DNA of 64,000 bases, from positions 186,001 through 250,000 of the forward strand of contig NW_027191461.1 of NCBI RefSeq assembly GCF_011745625.1, written 5' to 3'. The DNA is from Cladosporium halotolerans. Lineage: Eukaryota. Under the pieces are notes generated by a model, which made no database searches, was not told the DNA's origin, and saw only the letters and a program-made list of their open reading frames with translations. A program made the position numbers and the translations under genes. Shown here piece by piece: positions 49,180 to 60,279 of the stretch (position 1 is the stretch's first letter; each line of letters starts with the position of its first letter).

Positions 49180-52100
49180 GGTGGTGAGGTCGGTGGGCGG
49201 GGAGGAGACGAGAGAGGGTGCGGCCGCATTGTGCTTTACTTCGTTCCTGGTGGATGGGTGAAGGGGCTGAATCGGGTAAATCTGCACGATAGATTGTGGC
49301 ATCGAGCTTCACCGGTTTCGTTCAGCCGCAGCTGTGGCTGAGCCTCGTGCGGCGGGAAGATTTGATTTGCTCAGTAATTCCATGTGCCATGCAGACATGC
49401 AGGCATGGCTGATGTACAGCTCTTGAGGTGGTAGCCATGTTTGCCATGTAGTTTTCGCAGCTTCCGACGATATAGTATCCTGAGCAAGTGCAACTCTTGC
49501 TGTGTGGTGCGGACCGTTAGATGTCAGCGAGAGGAAGTCTTCGCCCTCCATTTCCATCGACGCAATTAAATGTTGAACGCGGCATCGAGTTCAGGTCAAG
49601 ACCAAACGCAAGATAGATGAAAAGTGGTACTTGACCTTTGCCAGCGTATACGATCAAGGAATCTTCCTTACCTGAGCTGATATGCAGCAGCCTGACATTT
49701 CTACTGTACGCGCAGTGCACCTTGCAATTTGGATGGGCAGCAAATCTGCAGACGAGTTGCTCGGCGAAAGAAAAGGAAAACATCTAAGATGCCGAAAGAT
49801 GCATATACATGACAGTAGTGAGACCTGCAAACGGACGGACAATAAGCAGGGACGTACGCCCGGACGTGACGTCGGCTTTAAGCAAAGACCAGCCACAATA
49901 AGCTTATTACCTTGCATCGACTGCCAATCATCGGGAGACCGATCAATTGTGTATACGTCGATTGCGTCGTCCTCTGCGCCGAGGACTCACATTACGCATT
50001 GATGACTACCGCGGCTGTTGAACGTGATCTTGTTCTTGCAAGCGCGACTCTTCAGCAGACGTGCGCGGACACACCGAAACTTCGACACGTTTACCGCCAC
50101 CAACCAGACCGAACGCGCGGCCAGACAGATCTACTCGTATCTTTCCCAATACCAAGGGTTTTCGCCAAGGAGGCAGAAAACTTTACGTGTGAGTCTTGAC
50201 AACGCGTCAAGGTTGGAGGCGCATACCGTCCAGACCATGTGACAGGGAATTTCAGACGCAAGGCGTGTCGCGGTATGCGTGGCAGGGCACACCGAGACGA
50301 GACTATTCAGATGGCGAGAAGTACGTATGTAGGTAGGTCGCACGGATCCTGTTGCCGAACCGGGGAAACGATCGTGTCCATACTGTACGTGGAGGAAGTC
50401 CACATCCCGAGACCGAGATAGGGCAGTCATCGACAGCCGTCGCGTTCAATGTAACAGGCCGCGTCGACATAGAGCGCTGATGAAACGTCGACGTTGAAGT
50501 CCTGCAGAACTCGCAAGCGACAACACATCAGCAGGTGGTTTTCATCATATTTGCTTCTTCATAATCGGACAAGAGATTCCGTAAGACAGAGATAAGCTGG
50601 ATAAAGGATGATCTGCCAAAGCGTCGTTCGTGACAACAGCAAGTCGTCAGTAAGGGCCATCATTGCCGACGTGGCAGGACCGTGGCGTCAGTTTCGTGCC
50701 GATACCTGCCCGCGATGAATAGGCGCGCCTGGGTGCAGCCTGGGGTAGAGGGGTGATCGCTGGCTGGGATCGCGATAGAGATGTGGCTGCGACCCCTGAC
50801 CGTTGGAGCTACTTGTTGCCCGACGAAACGGCCAACCTCGCCGGATGTCTGGAGAAGGGATCCTACGTGAATTTTCTTGAAGATCAGGCCTTACAGGATT
50901 TGCGGTGGAGTTTGGTAATTTGTAGGATACGGTGGACCAGAGAGTTCAGAGAGCGGCGCGTGGGTACAATGAAACATGGATTATGTGTTCGATCGGACGT
51001 CGGTTCGGTCGCGTCCTATCGATTCGTGATTTTGCAGTGTTGGGCTCCATGTTGAGTCAGAAGACGATCAGGGAGACAGCGCAACGCTCGTCGCACACTG
51101 GATGAGCGTCCATTCGGAACGGCGGCACCGAGGCGACGAGGCAGAGATCAGGACGCGTGATGTCGGCGCGAGCGCGGTGCGTGGAGGGGTTATGTGGCAG
51201 GTTACATAAGGCAGCAATATTTGATCGAAAAAGGGCCTGGCGAGACCCACAGCTCGTCAGGCCATCCCGTCCGAGCATGCGCGCAGACCAGCTGGACCGG
51301 GATGCGCGTTCACCATCGCGTGTGGGGAAGCACGCAGCGGTTTGGGTGGGCCCGGGGGAACAGTTTCGAAGGCTTTTGCAGAGGCAGTAATTAAAAAATC
51401 GATAGTCGAATGGAGCGCGGGCAGGGTTCGGGGAATAACAGAGAGCGGCGGGCTGGGCTGCGGTGGACACGGCCAGGCTCGCCGCCCGCCAGCCGGCCGC
51501 TGCTCATCTCCCAGGCGCCGGACGCGTGCGGTCGCGTGTCGCCAAGCCCTCGGAGCGTGCAAAGGCGTGTCTTGCGACGAGGGATGGCGTAATGGAGCAT
51601 GCGCGGGCGAGCAGCAGCAGCAGTGAGGCCTCCCAGGTCGCGAGACAGGCGCGGATGAGGCAGGCCGGCCGCGACACACGTGATGCGTCGGGCGTGCGTG
51701 TGCAGCGGCGGTGGAGGAGGAGGAGAGAACAGGTGCGTGTGCGCGTGGGCGACGAGGGTCGGCGGACGGCGAGCACGCAGCAGCACCTGGGCGTCTGGAC
51801 GGAGGCATGGGAGGAGGGAGGGTGATGGGACTGATGGAACAGACGGGAGTGCGCGGCGCGGGTGGGTGGGCGTGCTTGAGCCAGCCCAGCACCGCAGCAA
51901 ATCGACGGCTCGCCCGCTGAGGGAGGCGCCGCGCTAGCGCGCCGGGCTGCTTGCGCGGCTGCCCTGACACGCGGCAAGCAATTGCGTGTACAGCAGGACG
52001 GCCAGCCGCACTACCTACCTAAGCCTTCGACCTCGCCCGACTCCCTTCGCCGCCGCCCGCGTCTCACCTTGCGAGACCGACTGACCGACCGACCGACCGA

Positions 52101-52380
52101 CGCAGCCTCTGCACCACGCTTGATCACGACCACAGCGACTGCTACGACCGCGACGCATCCGAAGGATAAATTGCAGACGCAGACCGGCGCGCATCTTCTC
52201 AGGGTCGAAAGCAGAGGCTGAGCGAGCGATCGGCGCCGAAGGGCTGTGGGCTGTGCACGTCAGCGGGCGCAACTCCTCGACTCTCTCACGCCTCCACACT
52301 CTCTCTCTCGCTCCCGACACCACAACGCGCGCCTGCGCTCATCACCACCTCTCCCTCACCACACTCCCGTCGACCCAGCC

Positions 52381-53820
52381 ATGGACAACCGGAGTGGCAT
52401 GCCTCGGCGCAAGCCTGTGCCCCAGCCTCAGCAGCAGCTGTCGGAAAACTGGGCTCAGGACTTGACGGCACAGTTCAGACGGACCCTATCCACCAAGCGG
52501 ATGAACGACCTCAGCAGAAGGCCTGCCTCTCAACGTCGTGCGCCCTCGAGCCTGGCCACCGAGTTTTTCGTCGACCGCTCCGCCAGTGCACAAACTCCTC
52601 CTGCACCTTCGAGACAGGCACCACCCGTGCCCGGCGTCCCACACCTCGAGGCACAGACGCCAATGACACCACCGCCCAGCTACAACGCATCGCTCAAGAA
52701 CATCCCTATCGTTCCTACTGCGCCCACAGACAGCAGATCGCTGCGATTCCGCAGCATGCTCATGTCTCTTTCGAACACTCCCTGCAAGTGGGAGAACCCC
52801 GGTCTACTGGACGAAGCGCTCGGTGTCATTCCACTCGAGCGCATCTACAACGCAGCTCAGGAGGAGAGCGACCTTTTCGAGGCTGAGGCCGCATCTCTAG
52901 GCAAGAAGCCGGCGTGGGGTTACCAAGACTGCGTCATCAGAGCCCTCATGAAGTGGTTCAGACGCGAGTTCTTCGAATGGGTCAACAACCCCAAATGCAC
53001 GGCTTGCCATGCGCCCACAGTCGCAAAGGGCATGGCTGCCCCTCTCTCCGATGAATCAGCCCGTGGCGCCAGCAGAGTCGAGCTTTACCAATGCAGCAAC
53101 CAGTACTGTCAATCATACGAGCGCTTCCCTAGATACAACGATGCCTTCGTTCTGCTCCAAACCAGACGTGGCCGCGTTGGCGAGTGGGCTAACTGCTTTA
53201 CCATGCTCTGCCGTGCAATCGGCAGCCGAGTGAGATGGGTCTGGAACGCCGAGGACCACGTCTGGACCGAAGTCTACAGTGTACACCGCAAGCGTTGGGT
53301 GCACGTTGACTGCTGTGAAGAGGCTTGGGATGCTCCCTTGCTCTACACACAAGGTATGTTGCAACCCACAGTTATGCAGTAGGAAAACTAGGAGCTAACA
53401 TCACCTTCAGGGTGGCGCAAAAAGCTTAGCTACTGCATTGCCTTCTCTGCCGACGGTTGTGCTGATGTCACTCGACGTTACGTGCGTGACAGCAATTGTG
53501 CGGTCCGCCGCAACAAGTGCTCTGAGGGCGACCTTATTCACATCCTCCGCGAAATCAAAGCTATGCGCCGCAAGGACATGGACAAGAAAGAGAAATTCCG
53601 CCTGATGTCCGAAGACACTCGCGAAGACGAAGAGTTCCGACGCAACGTCATCGAAAGTCTCGCCCTCACCATCAGCCGCATACTTCCAGGCGGGGACGCC
53701 GCTACCAAGGGATCACAACGATCGGATCCAGATGCGCAGAAGGCCGCCGAAGCACGCCAGGAAGCCGAACTTCTTCGTGCTCGCGGTGTCCGCGGAGCAC
53801 CTAATCAGAGGCAACAATGA
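52381..53820 (+). CDS. PNG1: Peptide:N-glycanase ortholog (catalytic Cys replaced)
   Basis: [14 protein letters not shown], zinc Cys pairs CTAC and [61 protein letters not shown]. One intron. Confidence 0.93.
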
Positions 53821-56189
53821 AACCCTGACGTATCTTGATTCTTTTGCGTATTCTGCATGGCGTTATAACGGCGAGACGATTCACCTTTTTGCTTTTACTG
53901 CGGACACCTTGGAGTCAACTCATCTATGAAGCGATCTAGCACAGGCGTTCACTCTGGATATTCGGGCTCTACTTCACTTCTTTCGGAGAAAACACTCCAC
54001 ATTATACCACCGGTTCTGGGACTATTAGGGACTGGACGACTTTATTTCACCACCATGCTCGTTTTCTACAATGTCTAGTACCATCGTTGCAGGGACGGAA
54101 CGCTCTTGGAGTTTCATTTGTTTTTCATTATCATGGTCACGGCCAGACGTGCGGACTGGTCGGGATTGGGTTCACGGCATCTACGCAGCGCAGCGGCTGT
54201 CGGGAGGGTTTAAATGAGAAAAGGCTTGGGTTGGCATGCGAAAATCTTTCATCGCGATGCATCGACCGGAACAGAAAAGGGCTCACTCACTTTTGCTCAC
54301 GAGGAATGCGCGGAACCAGTCAAGAGAGGGAGACGTTTCATTATCATGTGTTCATTTCATTGATCCCACCTGGGTTTTCCCTTATCTTTTCCTATTACGA
54401 TCGAGGGCTGGCGACGGTTTTGTGGTCTCTTTCCGTCATAACAGTAAGAGGAAAGACAGAGCCCAGACGAAGGTAGCCTCTTCGTTTTTTCTCAGCTAGT
54501 GTCTACCTAGAGATCCTCGGCATGCTTCTCGCACCATGCAAACTCCTGCATCGTCGCGAGCGATTGATTTGAAATGAAGCCTCGGAATTGCAAACCATCC
54601 GTTCGGTCCTTCCTGCATCACTCTCCTCCGAATCTCACGTGCGTCGCCTCGCTTCAGCGGTCAGCTCCAGGGCGCCCGAGTACGCGGCCCTCACGCATAT
54701 GTATAACTACCAACACCTGCGCACGCACACGTGCCATACGGCGATTAGACGGCCTGACGTGCAATCTCTTCCCACGCCCGCTGACTGCTTTACCGACGTG
54801 AATAATCATCCGCTATTCCACGTGGCAGGCCTCGCGACTGCGTGACTCCGCGCGCATTCTTGCCTTCCTCGCACCGTGCACGCAAAAACCTCACACCCAT
54901 GTCCGCGCACCCCCAGCACAGCGCACAGCACAGCACGTCTTCACCGACTGCTGCGACGCGCACTCACATCGGTACACAACACTACTACCAACCCACCGAC
55001 CGACGACGCAACAACCCACCCAGGCAAAAGCGACGAACGAAGACACCGCCCGAACCTCCCCCGCCCGCCTCGCGCTCCGAAATGAGCCCAGGGTGAGACG
55101 TACGCCGGGGTTGGGTTGGCATGCGCTGTGCGCCGCTGTGAGTGATGAGCTATTGTTAGATCCTGGACTTTGTTCAGCCCCGGGCCCCGGCCCTTCGTTA
55201 GGCTTTCGAGGCCCTGCGTTTTGGCCCCGCGCGTGGCTGGCGGGCTGGGCGGGGACGCGAGGGCCTTTTTGGCAAGGCCTCGTCACTGGTGCTTGGTGGC
55301 GCTGAGGGGGGCGGGAGGGGATTGCGTGTGCGTGTTGGTTGTGGTTGCTTTTTGGGCGGGTGAGGCGTTGTGGGTGGGTGATGGGTGGGTGGGGTTCGGG
55401 GGTGGTACGTATGGGATGGTATGGTATGTACGTAGAGGGTCTGTGGATGGTGGTGGTGAAGGCGGGTTTTGGGGCTTGGGGATGTTTGAGGGTTCGTTGG
55501 CGAGGCGAGATGAGGGTCAAGCCGTGAGAGTGTGAGCGTGTTTGAGGATGAGTGAGATAGATGACTTCTGTGCGTAAGGCTGTCTACGTGATCGAGGGCG
55601 CAACCGTTTGGTCGGTCCGTGGCTGGGACGGGTAGGGCGGTAGCGGTATGATGATGGCGTGTTAGGCCTGCTGCCTGCTGGGTGGTGACAACTGCGTCTG
55701 TTCGCTCGCGTGGCTATAGCGACTAGCTCCACGACTTCTGAGGACACTTTTAGCTGAAGGAAACGCACTCTGGCCGCAGCAGAGGGTGTGCATTTTGGTA
55801 GAGGCGTAAGCGGGCGCAGGCGCAGGGCTGTATCGTCACCCCACGCAACGTTACAGCCACTGCGGCGTCACTAGCAGCAGTACTGCTCAGCCCGCCTTGC
55901 GTACACCACGAGCCAGAGAGCCCTTGGCAGATGCTCTAGTGAAGCCGTCGTGCCCGTCCCGCGAGGCTGTGATCGCCGCATCTGAGTGAAACACATGCGA
56001 TCGGCAGGGAGCTACATGTGAGCCCGCCTCTCCTTTCTTCAAGCCGGTACTTCGTTACAGGTCGCGTCGCATCAACCTACTCCTACCGATCCGCACGCGT
56101 CGCTTGCTTACTCCGGGCATACCATCACCTCCATCACCACCTACGTCGACTTTACGACTGCCAACACGCTTCGAATAGAGACCGCAATC

Positions 56190-57353
56190 ATGGGTAAAGC
56201 CGGTCGCATCGCGTGTATAACCACGCCTATGGTCCTCACCATAGCTTCGTTGGTCGCCATCGCCTTCCTCGAAGTCTCTGGCTGGAAGCCCAGCTCCTCA
56301 CTCAACAACAACTATCTCATGTCGGCGGACTTCAGCAATTTCACCACCGCCAATGCAGGAGGTCTTACAGACAGCACCGAGCTCACCGCAGCCCTGACCC
56401 TTGCCGAAAGCTCTGGTCAATTGAAAGAGACGTACCGCATCTATCTCTGGAACTACTGCACCGCCAACCAGACCGCCGGCAAGATCGATTGGTGCAGCGA
56501 CAGACACTCGAGCTTCGTCTTCGATCCTGTGGAGGAGTTCGGCCTGAATGCCACTACCACGACAGACCAGTCTACTGGCTCGACTGAGGCGGACAACGCG
56601 ATCGCGAGCGCGATCAACAACGCAAAGGATAATGCAGAGGAGTTCGAGGACAAGATTCTAGGAGACAGCGCTGCGGGAGCCATGAAGGTCTACAGGCGCG
56701 TCGCTAAGTGGAACTTCATCGCGTACCAGGTCTCCTTCTGGACGACTTTGATCACCATTGTGGTCGGTCTGTTGGCCATCTGCAGTCGCTGGGGAAGCTT
56801 GTGCACTTGGATCATGGCTATCGTGAGTTTCTCCCAAAATCCCTCAACAATAGGCCCCATTGCTAACCCATCCTCACAGATTTCCACAATCTTCACCTTC
56901 CTCGCCGCCCTCACAACCACGATCCTCTTCTCCACACTGACCGGCGCCCTGCACACCCTCCTCGACCCATACAACATCAAGGTCTCGGTCGGCACTCGCG
57001 CGCTCGCCATCGCCTGGATCGCCACTGCCCTCTCGATCGTCGCGACCCTCTTCTGGCTCTTCTCCATCTGCTGCTGCTCCGGCCGCAGCAACCCGCATCA
57101 CAAGTCGAACAAGGGTGCTCTCTGGAATGCAGAACCCAAGGGCGGTAACGGGAGGCGTTCCGTCATGAGCCTCGGAAAGACCGGCTCTGGTTACGAGCGC
57201 GTCGAGAGCCCATACGTCGGCGCCGACAGGGTCCCGCTTAGGGACTACCCTCAGCAGCCCACTACCTACCAGTCACCTCAGCCTTACGGTGGCGGCTACG
57301 CGCAGCCGAATGCTTACGAGCCCTACAGGCAGCAGCAGCAGGCGCGGTGGTGA
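56190..57353 (+). CDS. SUR7/PalI-family tetraspan membrane protein
   Basis: N-terminal TM, loop motif YRIYLWNYC...WC, three further TMs, ICCC and a Tyr/Pro/Gln tail. In-frame intron 56823-56879. Confidence 0.88.
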   Translation: MGKAGRIACITTPMVLTIASLVAIAFLEVSGWKPSSSLNNNYLMSADFSNFTTANAGGLTDSTELTAALTLAESSGQLKETYRIYLWNYCTANQTAGKIDWCSDRHSSFVFDPVEEFGLNATTTTDQSTGSTEADNAIASAINNAKDNAEEFEDKILGDSAAGAMKVYRRVAKWNFIAYQVSFWTTLITIVVGLLAICSRWGSLCTWIMAIVSFSQNPSTIGPIANPSSQISTIFTFLAALTTTILFSTLTGALHTLLDPYNIKVSVGTRALAIAWIATALSIVATLFWLFSICCCSGRSNPHHKSNKGALWNAEPKGGNGRRSVMSLGKTGSGYERVESPYVGADRVPLRDYPQQPTTYQSPQPYGGGYAQPNAYEPYRQQQQARW

Positions 57354-57606
57354 ACGAGCGCCTGAGCAGCGAGTATTTCTACCATTTACAGAGGCATAGC
57401 GCAGGCGTTTGTGTACAGTTTGGGCTTTCAGAAATTTGGCTTGCACAGACCCATTGGACCAGGCTTGCTCTACTTCCTCTTGCTTTCTTTTGCTTGTTAT
57501 ATCTGTTGGTCTGCGTTCCCAGACTTCACGAGCGATGATACCACGATTCTGCCCTCGATCGATAGTTCACGGCCGCATTAGCCGTATGTATATACACAAT
57601 ACGAAT

Positions 57607-57651
<45 letters not shown>
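57607..57651. repeat. (ATC)15 microsatellite
   Basis: Perfect repeat between two convergent genes. Confidence 0.95.
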
Positions 57652-57652
<1 letters not shown>

Positions 57653-57671
57653 CATAATTACACTCCACAGC

Positions 57672-58566
57672 TCAGCAAGTGTGAATGCCAAACTCCGCCC
57701 ACCAATTCTTCGCCGGCGGCTTGTGCGCCAGCCCCCATTTTTGCAACTCCTCAGTCCGACCGACTTCCATTTCGGGCGAGAAGGGCTCCCAGAGCTCGAA
57801 GTCCACCAGGCCGCTGCTTTGATTAGCAGGGTTGATCTCGTAGGGATGAGAAAAGCGTAATGGCCGCGACCTCACTTACCACCGTTCGCTCTCCGCGTCC
57901 CACATCACGTTCCGCAGCCCTTTGTCGCCGGGCTCGACCCCTAACTCTCGTACCGCGCTACATTGGTACCATCAGCTAGATCTCTCCTACCCGTAGACTA
58001 GAGATCGAGAGGTCAGATTCAGTTACGACTCACCTCAGCGCTTGCCCGAACGCTTCCCGGACCTCTTCCCGCTCCTCCTCCTCCAGGCTCCAGTACCCCA
58101 GCTCGAACAGCGACTTCCCCGGCAGGACGCTCATGACTGTGCAGTTGACGTACCCGCCGGGCAGTAATCCCTCAGCCGGTTGCGGGAAGTTTTCGAAAGC
58201 GACCAGATTGGGACCTGCAGGCGTTTGGGCGTCGGCGAAGAGGCGGAGGGCGTCCAATTCATGGGACGTGGTTGGACTGGGACCGGGCTGCGGAACAGAC
58301 GGGTTGGAGGTCGTTGTGTCGGAGATCTGGACTTTCAACTTGAGGATGAAGGGTTGGCTTGCGGGAGATGTTGGAGGGTTGGTGTGGCGGCAGCGGTAGA
58401 GGATGCGGCTTTCGGCTGGCTCGGTGCCGTGGCATTGGCGGAAGTCGGTTATGGGGTTTTGAAGTTCGTAGGAAGAGCCATCTGAGAAGACGATAGGGTT
58501 GGGAAGGAAGGAGAGGGCGTCCATTGGCGTTGTGGTAGCTGGTTTTGGTAATCCGTTGGCGACCAT
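57672..58566 (-). CDS. Small atypical protein-kinase-like fold protein
   Basis: Exons 58566-58034, 57957-57880 and 57813-57672 with canonical sites. FILKLK, SHELDAL, GVEPGDKGLRNVMW, GLVDFE. Confidence 0.7.
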
Positions 58567-59061
58567 ACGGTCTGTCAATAGAAACTATCAATGTGGACGA
58601 TCGTTGGAGTACCAGCAATTCTATCAATGTTGTATTCTTAAGTTTGTATATCGAAAATGTACCCGATGAGTGGAAGTGTGGATGTTGTCGTCTGGTCGAT
58701 GATAGAGGTGATGATGGAACGACGCGCCAAGCCAGAAGATACTTGCCCGTCTCTCCTTTCATCCGGATACACTCTCATTGGAGACGCCACACAAGTACAC
58801 AACGCATTAAAGTATCAGCCAAAGCCGCATGAGTGCTACTTCCCGCAAATGTTTGGCACTTGTTCCTTTGTCCGATCAGGAACATGCCGTGGCCTCGCTG
58901 AAGCTTCGATGTGCCGAGGTTGGACATCACCCTTCATCAATCGGACGACATATGCACCGGTAAAGAGGCACCCTACCCACCGCATCAGCCCTTTCACCAC
59001 TACATCAAGACTCCTAGAAAATCAAATAAAAGAAAAACCAACGGGAGAATCGTTGCCACCA

Positions 59062-60099
59062 ATGAAAGCAATCCTGGTCCCCGAGTTCCTCACCGACCCC
59101 TCAACCCTGACACCAACAACGACGCCCGCTCCAAAACCCAAGCCAGACGAATATCTCATCCGCGTCACCCACTGCAGCCCACAGCATGCCGACATCCTGC
59201 ACGCGCAAGGGAAGCACCAGAACACTCACCCGAAAAAGGGCCACGTGCACCCGCCTTTCATCCTTGGGTACGACTTCGCCGGCGTCGTGGAGCAGACGCC
59301 GAGTGGCGACAACAGCGGAGAGCTGAGTAAAGGCGAGCGCGTCTTCGGCGCCTCCATCGGCGCATTCGCAGAGTACGTCGCGATCAAACCGCACATGCTG
59401 CGCCGGATCCCGGACGGCTTGAGCAGCGAGACAGCTTGCGCGGCCAGCGGCCAGGCCGTGTCGTTTGCGGCGGCGGCGTACGTTGCGAATGTGCGGGCCG
59501 GCGACGTGGTGCTCGTCAGCGGGGCCAGTGGCGGGCTGGGAAGCGCGTGCTGTTCGGCGGTGAAAGCCCTGGGAGCGAGAGTTATTGCGCTGGTGGGCGA
59601 CAAAGGTAAGGCGGAGGCGATGCGACGGGATATGGACGTCGACGAGGCCTTGGTGATGGAGGGAGAGGAGTGGGTTGATCGGGTACGAGAAATTACGGAT
59701 GGCAGGGGCGTCGATGTTGTGCTCGACAATACGGGAATGGTAACGGAAGCAACTCGGTGTGTGGCGTACGGGGGCACGATTGTGATTCTCGGGTTCGCTG
59801 CGAGAAAGGGTGAGATGGAGGAGGTGAAGATGAACAGGCTACTTCTTAAGTCTATTACACTCATCGGGTACAGGTTCGGAGAAGATGGGAGGAGGTACCC
59901 TGCAAAGCTCGAGGAAATCTGGGATCGGTATCTGAGATTGTTGACGCACGGGCAGCTGAAGCCATTTATCTATGGCCAATACAATGGCCTCGGCGACGTG
60001 GGTCGAGCATTGAAGGATCTCGCAGAGAGGAAGGTGTACGGAAGGATCGTGGTTTCTCTAGACACAACCGATGCAAGTGCAGAGAAGGCGAAACTATGA
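59062..60099 (+). CDS. MDR-superfamily NADPH:quinone oxidoreductase (zeta-crystallin-like)
   Basis: ATG 59062 (MKAILV); PFILGYDFAGVV, GAFAEY, VLVSGASGGLGS, TDGRGVDVVLD, ERKVYGRIVV. Confidence 0.9.
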   Translation: MKAILVPEFLTDPSTLTPTTTPAPKPKPDEYLIRVTHCSPQHADILHAQGKHQNTHPKKGHVHPPFILGYDFAGVVEQTPSGDNSGELSKGERVFGASIGAFAEYVAIKPHMLRRIPDGLSSETACAASGQAVSFAAAAYVANVRAGDVVLVSGASGGLGSACCSAVKALGARVIALVGDKGKAEAMRRDMDVDEALVMEGEEWVDRVREITDGRGVDVVLDNTGMVTEATRCVAYGGTIVILGFAARKGEMEEVKMNRLLLKSITLIGYRFGEDGRRYPAKLEEIWDRYLRLLTHGQLKPFIYGQYNGLGDVGRALKDLAERKVYGRIVVSLDTTDASAEKAKL

Positions 60100-60279
60100 G
60101 CGCTGCGGCATGAGTTGAAAGGACATGTGCTGTGCTTAGATAAGGACTGGAAGGCGGCTGCATGACCCTCGCACTTGAAGGGGTTGACCGGCTATTACCC
60201 AACTAATCTATACTTTCTCTCACATGCTAATAAATACAAACATACATGTGTAGTGGGAAGTGGACCTCTATGTCAATTT

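Noticed and set aside
50471..50545. Hammerhead-like pattern CTGATGA-AACG(TCGA)CGTT-GAAG...CCTGC/GCAGG
   Set aside because: The core reads GAAG-T rather than GAAA, the cleavage site would be UG rather than UH, and stem I is weak. Most likely chance.
51057..52380. Overlapping ORFs upstream of PNG1
   Set aside because: GC-rich regulatory/5'-leader sequence with short (CCGA)n and (CAG)n runs; no coherent gene model.
58657..59061. 135-aa N-terminal extension of the MDR oxidoreductase ORF
   Set aside because: It is not protein-like and covers the divergent promoter; the family-typical start MKAILV is at 59062.
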